Origin: Octopus vulgaris | Taxonomy: Eukaryota | DNA: 64,000 bases | Assembly: GCA_951406725.2 (NCBI GenBank) | Contig: OX597820.1 | Span: 59,148,001-59,212,000 of the forward strand | Reading direction: 5' to 3' | In this document: piece by piece, positions 40,775-52,478 of the stretch | Position numbering within the stretch: the first letter of the stretch is position 1 | Layout: every line of letters begins with the position of its first letter | The notes under the pieces: generated by a model | Databases searched by the model: none | What the model saw: only the letters and a program-made list of their open reading frames with translations | What the model was told of the DNA's origin: nothing | Program-made: the position numbers and the translations under genes

Positions 40775-40778
<4 letters not shown>
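40388..40778 (+). mobile_element. Full-length CORE-like SINE (family B)
   Basis: A-box tggctgtgtggt, B-box-like gggttcagtccc, core accttgggcaagtg, tail gactgaaacaagtaaaag. Other copies at e.g. 20390-20740, 22475, 23715-24447, 36140, 38305-38670, 39480, 56560-56850. Confidence 0.9.
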
Positions 40779-40841
<63 letters not shown>

Positions 40842-40845
<4 letters not shown>

Positions 40846-41404
40846 ATAGTTATCGCCATACTAATATGGCATTCTTATAAAAATAAGAATAAAGCTGTCC
40901 GCTTATTAGCTCATGGAGCTAATAAGCGGACAGCTTTATTCTTATTTTTATAAGAATGCCATATTAGTATGGCGATAACTATTATTTTCCGGAAACGCTG
41001 CCGTTGTTCTCTTTTAGAGAGACTTAGTAATTTTAATATTTCTATTATTGAAAACAAGTGGATGTATTCCACCGAAGCTAGGTAAATAAAACCTTCGAAC
41101 AGAGATTGTCAGAAGCGACACCTACTGGTCTGGCTACGCTGCATTGAAAAGGGGCAATACCCCGAAACGCGTCTGTAGCTGCCGGTCAAGTAGTGTGGAG
41201 CGACTGACCTCCCTTGTTCGAAGGTTATATGGATACAGTTTGTGTATCAAATAGCTAACTTAAGGCGATGGCCTCATGGAGCTAATAAGCGGACAGCTTT
41301 ATTCTTATTTTTATAAGAATGCCATATTAGTATGGCGATAACTATTATTTTCCGGAAACGCTGCCGTTGTTCTCTTTTAGAGAGACTTAGTAATTTTAAT
41401 ATTT
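40842..41404 (+). mobile_element. Non-autonomous Penelope-like pLTR / retrozyme-like unit
   Basis: 132-bp direct repeats at 40910-41041 and 41273-41404 (period 363), a perfect 71-bp inverted 5' segment, an internal hammerhead, and (TA)n flanks. Confidence 0.85.
41138..41179 (+). ncRNA. Minimal type-I hammerhead ribozyme (U3-A8 variant)
   Basis: GCUGCA-UUGAAAA-GGGG-caaua-CCCC-GAAA-CGCG-UC-UGUAGC; predicted cleavage after C41173. Confidence 0.8.
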
Positions 41405-41429
41405 ATATATATATATCATCATTATCGTA

Positions 41430-41469
<40 letters not shown>

Positions 41470-44400
41470 ACTACATGATCGTTCAGACAAAGTAGAAGGG
41501 TTAGTACACAGCTTTTGTAGGTCCTGCAAAATGGTGAACTGTGGTTAAATTTGAATTTCTGCAGGTGGTTGCCAGTAGGAAAATATTGATAAGAATGTAC
41601 TAAGGAAGGGACTTTTATAAGGCTGTTCAACCAGTAAGAAACAGCCAAATCTCTCAATACTGTTAAAAATAATGAAAGACATATTTGATGATTATGGATA
41701 GAAAAGTGTTGTTCATTGGTCACAGGAAGAAGTTTCATTAAGGTTCACCTGGGGTTAAACAATAACCACACACAACAGCCAGCTAACAAAGGAATTTCTC
41801 TATCAGTTATAGGCAACTTTCTGAACTTTTAACCATTAAAACAATAAACATACTCAGTGCATCAAGGGAAGGCATTTATTCTTTATAAGTTGACAATATA
41901 AAAGTCAGATGCTCTAGTGGTATATTCCACTAGAAACAAACAAGAGGAAATATCTGTCAATACAATAAAGTTCACATGTTCCATCTTTGAGAAGGTTTGA
42001 ACCAAGCACTGATTCAACATTCCTCAGCAAATCAATTCCTGTCCCATCCATTTTCACCCTATAGATCAGTAGCTATCGTGTAACCTTAATCAGCTTTCAC
42101 TTGTTAGTGTTTAATCTGGCCATATCTAGCCAAATATTTTACTTGTGTTTTATGCTAAAACTGACCAGATCCAACATCTCACACCTAACCTACAATGTCA
42201 TTCTAAAAATATACAAAAACACCAATTGAAATCTTGAAGCTACACGATAATGTGTGATTAATTCAAAACAATGTGAATATATAAGCAATATATTTGACTA
42301 AGAAATCTGAATGCTAAAGAGTTAATCAGATTTATGACATTACTAATTCTTCCTTTTCATAAACATAATGAAATGGTAAATGGTTTACAATACAAAAGAA
42401 ATCATTTTAAACTTGCTAAAATAATATTCGAAGTGGTTTACACGATTGGAATTATAATTTCAAAGTGCTTCATAGTGTCATAGTGAAAATTTGATCAAAG
42501 ATTTTGCAACCAAAAGAAAAAAAAACAAAAAAAAACAAAAAAAACAAACAAACTCAAATATAAATAAAGTAGAAGTATACACAAATAAACGTTATTTTCA
42601 ATCTTACTGTTATTTTTGTTTCATTTTTAAAAATAGAAATTTATTTTATGGTTAATCATTGTTTATATTTTGAATTATATAGATATGGGTGCACCAAAAG
42701 AATATTGAGCGCTTAGGGCCTACCCACCTCTATACACTTTTACAAAGACTCTGTTCCTTAGATTACATAATTGCTTATCACCCTCACCCAAGTCCTCCAG
42801 TCGTGGTCATCACCCATTTTCTGTCCTTTATCCCCAAGTTTGAATAACAAATATTTTGGCACAGCCATTTTGGTGTCACTGACTTGGCATCAGATATTTT
42901 ATCTTAATGTTTCTCTCTGTCTGTCTGTCTCTCTCTCTGTTTGTGTCTGAGTAGTGAAAGTGTGAGGCTTAGTGGTTAGAGTACTCAGCTCACAGTCGTA
43001 AGGTCATGGCATTCAATTCCCACTGGAGGTGCGTTGTCTCTTTGGGCAAGATGCTTTACTTCACACCTCTCCAGTCCATTCAGCTGGCAAAAATGAGTCA
43101 TACCTGTAATTCAAAGGGCCAGTCTTATCACACTCTTTGTCATGCTGAATCTCCCAGAGAACTACATTAAGGGTACATGTCTGTGGAATACTCAGTTACT
43201 GGCATATTAATTTCACAAGCAGGTTGTTCTATTGATCGGATTAACTGGAACATTCATAGTCATAATTGATCAAGTTTTCAGAAGGTGAGAGAACAAACCA
43301 CCCGGAATTAGCAACTGGGTATAAAATTGAGATTGTAAGATTTTTTTATTTTATCTTACAGTCTGGAGGAAATAGCAGTGCTCATGACCTTTTGCAAGGC
43401 CTTTTAAGATTGGTCAGAGCAAGGAAAAAAGGTCTCCTCTAACTGGACATTTGACTCAAATGCTTGCAATAGAATGGACTTTGCTAAAGGCATCCAAGGT
43501 GTCAGGTGGTGGTGTATACATAATGGATTAAGACTACGTTTCAAGTAGGCCATGGTGAGATATGAACTAAGAATATAAAGAACTGGAACAAATACAAAAA
43601 GGTATCCAGTTCAATGTCCTTACAATTCTAATTCATCATCCTCAATTTGCACGTTTTCTTTATCGACCCTGAAAGGATGAAATGCAATGTTGATCTTGGC
43701 AGGTTTCAATTCAGAGAAAGCAGAGTATCAAATACCACTTGCCATTTTATCTGACACTCTTAATGACACAGCCAATTTACCATTAAGATTGATTACTTGT
43801 TGATAATTATAATTCACTGGTTCTCATTAGGTTATACAATTTATCGATCTTGGAGACTTGTTGGACTATGTGCCATATAAACAACAGGGAGGTGTGTAAG
43901 TCAGGCAGGCAGGTGCTCTGTTGTGTAAATGGTAATGTCGTCACCAAGTGGGCTTCAGGCATTTTTCAATACATGACAGCCTCTATCTAATCCTTCTACA
44001 CTTTAATTGCTACTACAATCAATGGCTTCTGCTCTGGCTGTCTTTCTCCCCAATAATCCCCAGCATTCTATCCACCACTAACCATTTTTACCCAATCAAC
44101 CATCTGAAATTCCCCTTCTTGTTCCTTTTTTTTTTTTTTTTTGTTAAAAAAATTTTTTTTTTATTTGCTGAAGGTGCCAGTTTAGAAATGTTCTAACTTC
44201 AAACAGCCATATCAATCTTACCAGCCTCTTGAGAATATCTACAAAGTTAATAGACACTGTCCCTTTCTCCTAAAGGAGGCATTGAATATTGACAGTGGTC
44301 ATAGCTTAGTTTTAGTTTCATGATTAAAATTTCTCCTAAGTAATCAAAGTTAAAGTAAAATATCAAGTAAAAATGGAGGAATGAGAGAGACAGCCTAGAA

Positions 44401-44733
44401 CTGAACCTTCTAATAGTGTGTACTTGCATTTAGGTGGTCCAGGCTACTGAACAAATGTCTCTGTGAACCAAAATCTAATTCATTTGAATTATATTATATA
44501 CAGGATTAAGACAGCAAAATGATTGGTGTCCCAGACAAATACTTAACAGTATTTTTTTTTCCTCTTTATGTTCTTAGTTAAAAAATTTTGCCTTTCATCC
44601 TTTCGGGGTCAATTAAATAAAGTGGCGGCCAAATATTGGTGTCAATTTGATCGGTTAAGCCTCTTAACATAAAATTCCTGACTTTGTACCAAAATTTGAA
44701 GCAATATTATATACAGGATTAGGTATATTATAT

Positions 44734-46767
44734 GCAGTTGACTGATAAGCAGAAGGACCAATTTTATGAGGTCCTTTTGCAGACCACCTCAAAAACAAAT
44801 GACAGAGACTTTGTAATTGTGGCTGGTGACTTCAATGGCCATATTGGACAGCAGCCCAATGGATTCCAGGGAGTGCATGGAGGCTATGGTTTCGGACACA
44901 GAAATGAGAAGGGAACAAGACTGCTGGAGTTCTGTGATGCAAATGATCTCATGATCTGCAACACTAACTTCAAAAAACCAACCAGCCACCTAATCACTTA
45001 TCAGTCTGGTGGTGAGCACATAAGCCAGGCTGATTACTTCCTCACTAGGCAACAAGATAGATGGATGCTTAAAAATGCAAAGTCTTTCCCAGATGAAGAG
45101 TGTACAACTCAACACAAGTTAATAGTTAGTGACTTCAGAATTAGAGTTAGAAAAGCTTGGAGAAATAAACCAATCTGGAAAAGAAGACTATGGAAGCTCA
45201 AAGACCTAACAAACAGAAAAAAACTTGAAATTTACTAATGGAAGCTTTTGACAAAAGAGAGGAAGTGTTCGGGACATATAGCTTAGAGGACAATTGGAAG
45301 TTCCTGCGAGACAATTTACTGAGGACTACAGACAAAACCTGTGGTTGGTGCAGAGTCCCAGCTAGACCAAGGGTGACATGGTGGTGGAGCAAGGAGGTTG
45401 ACAGTGCTATAAAAGCAAAAAGACAGGCCTGGAAAGACTGGAAAAATGGTGGAAGCATAGAATTATATCAGATAGCCAAAAGAACAGCTAGGCGTCAGGT
45501 ATACATAGCAAAAGGAGTAGCTGAAGGTAAGAGATGTGCAAATGTTCTACAGTGTGAGGATCAGAGGCATGAGGTGTTCAGGATTGCAAAGCAGTGTATC
45601 AGAGAGAATAGAGATGTGGTAGGTGAGAAATGTGTGTGAATGGATAATGGTATGCTTGCATTTAGTGACTCAAAGAAGATGCATGGGAGTGTCACTAAGA
45701 AAGCTTACTAAATGTGGAAAATGAATGGGAGAAAGAGAGACTACTAAATACTGAACCAATTGAGGGACAGCCAATAAAGTTGATAGTAACATAATAGATA
45801 AGGCAATTAAGGACATGAAGACAGAGAAAGCCCCTGCACCATCAGGAATCACTGCTGAGATAATTAAAATCTCCAGTGGTGTAGGATACAGCTCAGTCAC
45901 CCACATAGTTAATCAGGTTATTCAGGATGGCACCATCCCCAATTTATTGGTGTAGTAGTATTATAGTTAGCTGCTACTAAGATAAAGGTGATGCTTTAGA
46001 TAGAAACAGCTGCAATGTCATTAAATTGCTAGTCCAAGTCATGAAAGTTACTGAGAGGGTTGTAGCTCAATTGATTAGAAATAGAATTAAACTAGATGAG
46101 AAGCAGTTCGGTTTTGTACCTGGGAAGAGTATCACAAATGCCATCTTCCTAGTGAAACAACTGCAGGAAAAGTATTTGGCCAAAAGGAAACCATTGTACT
46201 TAGTCTTCATCAACCTAGACAAAGCTTTCAACAGAGTTCCCTGGTCTGTTATATGGTGGTCTCTAAGGAAGTTAGAGAGTAGAGGAGTAGCTTGTTAGAG
46301 CTGTACAAGCCATGTACAGTGGTGCTGCCAGTAAGGTGAGAGTTGGCCATGAATAGTGATGAATTTAACATACAGGTAGGGGTTCACCAGGGCTCAGTTC
46401 TCGACCCACTCTTAGTCATTATATTCCTCCAAGCCATAACAGAGGAATTCAAAACTGGGTGCCGGTGATAACTGCTATATGCTGATGACCTTGCTCTTAT
46501 TGCAGAATCTTTAGCAGAATTGGAGAAGAAATTCCAGGTATAGAAACAAAACCTGGAATCAAAGGGCCTTAAATTTAACCTAGCAAAGACCAAAGTTGTT
46601 GCTAGTAAGAAAGAAGATAAAACTCTCTTTCCATTAAGAAAATGGCCCTGCTCAATATGTAGGAAAGAAGTTGGAAGAAATTCCATTCACTGCACCCAGT
46701 GTAAACTATGGACGCATAAGAGGTGCAATGGAATCACAGATAGATTAACAGATAAAGTTGTCTTTGT
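44734..46767 (+). pseudogene. RTE-clade LINE, 5' part (APE endonuclease plus RT), frameshifted
   Basis: VAGDFNGHIG, G.RLLEFC, QADYFL, QHKLIVSDF, QFGFVPGKS, NLDKAFNRVP, HQGSVL.P, YADD, with stops and frameshifts. Confidence 0.93.
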
Positions 46768-46849
46768 TAGTTAGTTAGTTAGTTAATTTGGCTCAAAAGC
46801 AAATAGCAAGGCCATGTAGGGGGACATGGAGTTAAGTACAGGGTGGTGT

Positions 46850-49738
46850 TCATGTAAAGAGTTCAGGCCACTTGAGGTCCAGGGAGGCTTTGAACAAAGC
46901 GGTCGTCGGCATCTTCACCATCTCGTCTGGCAGCTTGTTCCACGGATCCGCAACCCGGACGGAGAAAGCTCCTCTCCTTCGATTGAGATGAAATCGTCGC
47001 AGGTAGAGCTTTTCGGAATGACCCCGCAGCCGACGCTCCGGAGCAGGAGTGAAGAACAGCTCTTTCGAGAGGTTACACTTCCCGCTTATGATGTTGTGGG
47101 CGAGAATGAGATCACCACGGCGGCGGCGTTTTTCAAGAGAATAAAGGTCGAGCGTCCTCAGCCTTTCTTCGTAGGACAAATTTTTGAGACCATGAACCAT
47201 GCAGGTAGCCAGCCTCTGGACTCTTTCGAGGTGCTGTATGTCTTTGAGGAGATAAGGAGAAGAGGCTTGAATCCCATACTCCAAAATGGGTCTCACCAGC
47301 GTGACATAGAGTGGCAGGAATATGGCTGCTGTGAGCATTCCGAATGACCGCCGAATCAAAAACAGAATTCTGCGCGCTTTGTTGGCAGCATGGACGCACT
47401 GGGCCGAAGGCGAAAAGGAGGAATCCACCAAGATACCCAGGTCCTTTACCTGATCGGTCCTCTCCAGCAGCAGACGACCCGGCTCGAAATCAAGTTGAGT
47501 TGCAGGAGTAGAGCCGACAGGCAGATGACAGCACTTTGACACGTTCAGACACAGGTCCCAATCGTTAGACCACTTCCAAATTTGGTGGAGGCATCGACGA
47601 AGATCCTCTATACTACCGCGAGGAGCGACCAGTTTGATATCGTCGGCAAATAGAAGGGTGTGTTGCGTGAGGTCGTCGGGCAAGACATTTATGAAGACTA
47701 AGAACAACAAGGGCCCAAGCACTGAACCTTGAGGCACGCCACTACTCGCACTGGAGACGTCGGACCGCGAACCATTAACTTGAACTTGGAAGGAGCGATC
47801 TGAGAGGAAGGCACCAACCCATCGTACAATATCCGGATGGAAACTATATGCTTGAAGCTTGACAAGTAGTAGGCGGTGGTTTACCGAGTCAAAAGCTTTG
47901 GCAAAGTCCAATAAAACGATGTCAACAGCATCACTATCATCGAGGATGCGCGTCACCAATTCTTCCATTACTAGTAAGTTGGTCAAGCATGATCTCTTCG
48001 GCACGAAGCCGTGTTGGGAATCAGTGATCGAGGCTGTGTTTAGGAGGTGGAGCATCATACTTTTCTTAAGGATGGTTTCGAACATCTTGCTGATTATTGA
48101 TGTAAGGGAAACCGGTCGGTAGTTAAGCGGGTCTTCGCGGCTCCCTTTCTTGAAAATTGGACAGATTATCGCTGTTCTCCAGTCTGCAGGTATAACACCC
48201 GTCGCCAATGACATATTGAATAGTCGTGTTAAGGGCTCACAGATGACCGGAGCCAACGCTTTGATAACCCGTGGGTGTATGCCGTCAGGGCCGTGACCCT
48301 TGTTGACATCGAGGCCTTGAATAACACGTTTGACTTGGTCCCGCGTGATGATCAATCGAAGAATTGGAGGTACCGATCTATCAAATGGAGGGGGTTCACG
48401 ACCATCATCTTGTTTGAAAATAGTTGAAAAAGCCTCGGCAAATAACTGACTCTGTTGATAAGGGTCCTCAATCGATACGCCTGTTGAGTCTACCAACGTT
48501 GCAATCTGGTTGTTCAAGCGGGAATTCCGCTGGACATGGGCAAAGAAGGTTTTTGGATTGCTACTGGCATTTGCCGCGATTTTGCATTTATAACTGAAGC
48601 GTTCTTTCTTTTCAATTTTCACGGCTCGGTCTTGTTGAGTTTTGTACACCTCAAAAGCTGCAGTCGAATCCAGATTTTTGAATTCAGCCCAAGCAATATC
48701 TCTGAGTCGACGTTCTCGTTTAACCTTCTTCGTCACCCAGGGCTTGTGTTTCTTCCTCTTGGGAAGTCCAACGGGAACTGCCTGGTCAGTCAAACAGATT
48801 ACATATGCTTTGAGGGATGACCATAGTTCGTCAACTGAGGACAACGTCATCAGGGAACGCCAGTCCAGAAGCGCGGAAGCCTCGGTAAGAATTTCAAGAT
48901 TAATTGCAGAGAAGACTCTACGTGGCAGCGAAGTAATCGTGGGCGTGGAAAAAGTTGTGTGCATGACGAACTTCAGGACCGCATGATCACTCTTGGCAAG
49001 AGGGGCGCACACAGATACGTCTGACACTGATCTTGGATAGCGGAAGAATACCAGATCTAGCATAGATGGCTGCTGCCCAGACCGATGCCTTGTCGGATAT
49101 TCAACATGTTGCGAGAGAAAACAATCTTCAGCCACGTCAAGAAGGGCCTGGCCGAACCGGGAAGATGTTGTACAAATTGATGCGGGCCAATCGATCGTGG
49201 GAGCGTTGAAGTCGCCTAGTACCAAGCAGTCATGCGAAGCTGAAACGAATCTTATCGCCTCGAGTAGATGAGCATCGTCCTGGGGGTCGGCTAGAGGCGG
49301 CCTGTAGACAGCCAACACGGGCAGGCAAAACTCAGATAGGCTCAGCTTGCAATATACGGCATCGAATTTGGTTGTAGGTTGAGCATTTGTGGGTAGAATA
49401 CCGCAGGACGGTTTGTGCTCAGACTTAACATACACAGCAACACCTCCACCTCGCCTTTTTCCTCTGTCACATCTGAAAAGGACGTAGCCCTGCAGGTGGA
49501 TCTCTGAGTCCTTTACTGCTGGAGTCAGCCAAGTCTCGGTGATAGCTATCACATCAGGGGAGTCGCGTAGGGCCAGTGTAAATAGTTCACTGAACTTTGG
49601 GAATAAGGAGCACGAGTTGGTGTAGACGATGCTGAGCTGTGAAGTCTGAGGGGCGGGAGTTGGGGAACAAGCAGAATAAAGGGCATCAGAGATAGCATCG
49701 TTGACGGGGGTATCAACTCCACTTCGATTTGCCCTCAC
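46850..49738 (-). CDS. LINE ORF2: APE endonuclease plus reverse transcriptase, uninterrupted
   Basis: ITETWL, GGGVAVY, YRPP, GDFN, SDH, NYRPVSLTS, QHGF, DFAKAFD, GVPQGSVLGP, FADD, DLG, LRGH..F..RV...WN.LP. Confidence 0.95.
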   Translation of the reverse strand: MRANRSGVDTPVNDAISDALYSACSPTPAPQTSQLSIVYTNSCSLFPKFSELFTLALRDSPDVIAITETWLTPAVKDSEIHLQGYVLFRCDRGKRRGGGVAVYVKSEHKPSCGILPTNAQPTTKFDAVYCKLSLSEFCLPVLAVYRPPLADPQDDAHLLEAIRFVSASHDCLVLGDFNAPTIDWPASICTTSSRFGQALLDVAEDCFLSQHVEYPTRHRSGQQPSMLDLVFFRYPRSVSDVSVCAPLAKSDHAVLKFVMHTTFSTPTITSLPRRVFSAINLEILTEASALLDWRSLMTLSSVDELWSSLKAYVICLTDQAVPVGLPKRKKHKPWVTKKVKRERRLRDIAWAEFKNLDSTAAFEVYKTQQDRAVKIEKKERFSYKCKIAANASSNPKTFFAHVQRNSRLNNQIATLVDSTGVSIEDPYQQSQLFAEAFSTIFKQDDGREPPPFDRSVPPILRLIITRDQVKRVIQGLDVNKGHGPDGIHPRVIKALAPVICEPLTRLFNMSLATGVIPADWRTAIICPIFKKGSREDPLNYRPVSLTSIISKMFETILKKSMMLHLLNTASITDSQHGFVPKRSCLTNLLVMEELVTRILDDSDAVDIVLLDFAKAFDSVNHRLLLVKLQAYSFHPDIVRWVGAFLSDRSFQVQVNGSRSDVSSASSGVPQGSVLGPLLFLVFINVLPDDLTQHTLLFADDIKLVAPRGSIEDLRRCLHQIWKWSNDWDLCLNVSKCCHLPVGSTPATQLDFEPGRLLLERTDQVKDLGILVDSSFSPSAQCVHAANKARRILFLIRRSFGMLTAAIFLPLYVTLVRPILEYGIQASSPYLLKDIQHLERVQRLATCMVHGLKNLSYEERLRTLDLYSLEKRRRRGDLILAHNIISGKCNLSKELFFTPAPERRLRGHSEKLYLRRFHLNRRRGAFSVRVADPWNKLPDEMVKMPTTALFKASLDLKWPELFT

Positions 49739-50280
49739 ATCACTTTCCCTGTCAGCACTACAGCATGGGACCAGAGGTAGGACTTGATTATCTGTCCATC
49801 TTGGATTCGTAAACCCTTCTCTCCCATTTGTTTCCTCATCTTTAGCTCGGATATCAGGTTCCTCCGGCGAATTCTCTCTCTTAGTGAGTATTCCTCGCGA
49901 AAACCCATATTGGGGTCCTCCCAGGCATGCGTCTGAGCTCTGTTCAGAAAGACTGAAGCCTCCCGATCAGAAGAAAAGATTACCCTTATTGGGCGTGGTC
50001 TAGTATCTGCGGTTGGGTTCGCTTGGAATCTTCCTAGCCGAGCGACCTTAAGAACACTGACATTTTCGTTCACAGAGAACAATTTTCAAACCAAAATGGA
50101 AACAAAATTAATGTCATCTTTTAGGCGGTTTATGCCTGTATCACAGGTGGATTCAGCTTTGCCATATATTATTGCCGATCTTGAGTGGGCAAAAAGTTCT
50201 CTACTATGAGCTGCGGTATTCGATTCTTCATTGGAGGATTTCGAAAGGGTGGTTTCATAGCCATCGGACTTATGTCGGCC
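49735..50280 (-). pseudogene. LINE ORF1 C-terminal half with one in-frame stop (50086-50088)
   Basis: The two ORF-track pieces share one frame; IIYG.AE, RLG, RPRPIRVIF and ER.RRR.L..E...R...GE are typical of ORF1. Confidence 0.8.
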
Positions 50281-51660
50281 TGTATGTGGCAGATGTGCAG
50301 GAATAATAAGCATTAAGAGCACACGGGACCTAGATTCTCTTGAGATTATAGATAATTTCTGTTACCTAGGTGACCAAATTAGCAATGGTGGAGGATGTTC
50401 TGAAAGTATTGTTTGTAGAATAAGAATTAGGTGGAGGAAGTTCAGAGAGCTATTACTTCTGTTGGTAACAAAAGGACTCTCCCTCAGAGTGAAAGGTAGA
50501 TTATATGATGCTTGTGTATAAATAGCTATCCTCCATGGTAGTGAGACATGGGCTCTGAATGCAGAAGACATGCACAGACTGGAGAGAAATGAAGGTAATA
50601 TGCTCCGTTGGATGTGCTACATCAGTGTACATGTAGAACAAAAGGCAAATGTATTGAGGGGAAAGTTGGGCTTAAGTGGAATCAAATGTAGCATGCAAGA
50701 GAGAAGATTACGTTGATTTGGACATGGGATGCATATGAATGAGGAAGACCCAAAAAGCTGTGAAATGAAGTGGTAAGGACTGATCTCAGGATGTTGAACC
50801 AAATAGAGGAAATGACAATGGACCAAAATATCTGGCAATATGAAGTTCTTGAGAAGACTCTCCCATATCAGCGAAACTGAGTTCTAGAAGCACTGCATGT
50901 CCCACCCACACTTAAGAAAATTTCCCACACACTCTACCACAACAAACCAAACTACATCTCTTCCTCACATTTTCACTTCATGCACTAGACTTACCTCCCA
51001 CTCCCAATCCTGTCCTCTTGGCCCTGTGCCACTGTATCATTGGTGTCTGCTAGCTTCCGACCTGCGTGTTCCACCCATGCCTTGTCTCACTGTATCATTG
51101 TGTATGCCTGGCACTTTGCCACCATCTCTATTCTGCTGTCCCCCTCTCTTTCTCTCCTCCAGCACTTCCCTCGTGTTGGGTAACCATGTATTTCCTTTGC
51201 GGCAGCACACCTGTTTCTGTCTTCATTCCTGATCACTCTCGCTCTCTCCCCCGCCAGGTAACCTTGTACTTCCCCTTACAGCAAGACACCTGTTTCTGTT
51301 TTTCTGCCTCACTATAGCCTTTCATCATCTGACACAAGACCTCCTCCAATGCACCCCACCTTCTAAAGAGGTCTTTTTTCGTTTTTTGTCTTGCAAGCAG
51401 TTGGTGATTCTGTCAGTACAGGTGCCATTTGGAAGGGCATCCAGTTGTAAAAACCTCACCAAAACTGACCTCACCTGTGTTTGTGCCACGTAAAAAGCAC
51501 TAAATCCACTCTGCTGAGTGGTTGATATTAAAAAGGGCATCCAGCTGTAAAAATCTTGCCAAAAAAGTTACAAAAGTCTGATGCAGGCTTCTGCCTAACT
51601 TGCCCTTGTCAAACTGTCCCACCCATTGAAGGTGGATATTAAATAATGATGATGATGATG
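50281..51660 (+). mobile_element. RTE-clade LINE, 3' part (RT C-terminus, pyrimidine-rich 3'UTR, (GAT)n tail)
   Basis: FCYLGDQI, RIRIRWRKFREL, KGRLYDACV, HGSETW, MLRWMC, then the conserved tail ending aatgatgatgatgatg. Confidence 0.9.
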
Positions 51661-52286
51661 AATCATCTATTTTGAAGATTGCTGAGTAAAATTTGAAACT
51701 AGGTGGAAGCCAGGAATATCCTAGCTACAAATCTGTAGGTTACACCTAATTGTTCAGCAAGTTATATGCCATATGTATGCTTCATAAAAGTTAATCTGGA
51801 GTTACATAACAACCACAACAAACAAGACATAGAGAGTTAAGTCTGTTTGCAAAGGATGTAGCAAAGCTGGTGTTCCATTGAGCAAAAGTGTAAAAATGTT
51901 CCACTCAAAAGTATGGAATTTTTTACAGCTGCAAAAACTTTTCCACTTATGATAACAAGCAATTCATTTGAAAATTGCAAACTAAGTGATAACTTCAAAA
52001 ATATTGTAACTTGAGTGATGAGATAAAAAAAAAATTCAACAGTGATAAGCAATAAGTTTTGGAAATAACAGTTTTGTACAATACTTTTAAATAATAAACT
52101 AATGGAAGTTAAAATGAAATAATAACGACACTTTCTTCAATTTTGTTTTCTCATATTCTGGCAACCAGTTGCAAAATCATGTGGCGTTATAATGTATTCA
52201 TGTATACTAATACATTTCATCATCACAAACAATATATTTATTGTTTGCTAGTCATCATGTAGCTGTCACTCGTATAAATGATGTCA

Positions 52287-52478
<192 letters not shown>

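Larger units (their letters stand above)
46768..50280 (-). mobile_element. Young 5'-truncated CR1/L2-group LINE nested antisense in the RTE
   Basis: (CTAA)n tail at 46768-46786, 3' hairpin at 46812-46829, ORF2 and partial ORF1. The host frame ...VVFV|CGRC rejoins across the insert with a tgt duplication. Confidence 0.93.

Noticed and set aside
43362-43555. Plus-strand segment with a strong acceptor and donor
   Set aside because: Stops in all three frames and no partner exons; a non-coding exon cannot be supported without RNA data.
46826-48986. Plus-strand and alternative-frame ORFs of 87-173 aa
   Set aside because: Shadow frames of the GC-rich LINE ORF2.
50281-50322. N-terminus of the 78-aa ORF as the LINE ORF1 start
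   Set aside because: This stretch is the antisense of the host RTE (CGRCAG); the nested LINE is truncated at 50280.
51837-52052. Possible hAT dimerisation-domain relic
   Set aside because: Similarity too weak to call by eye.
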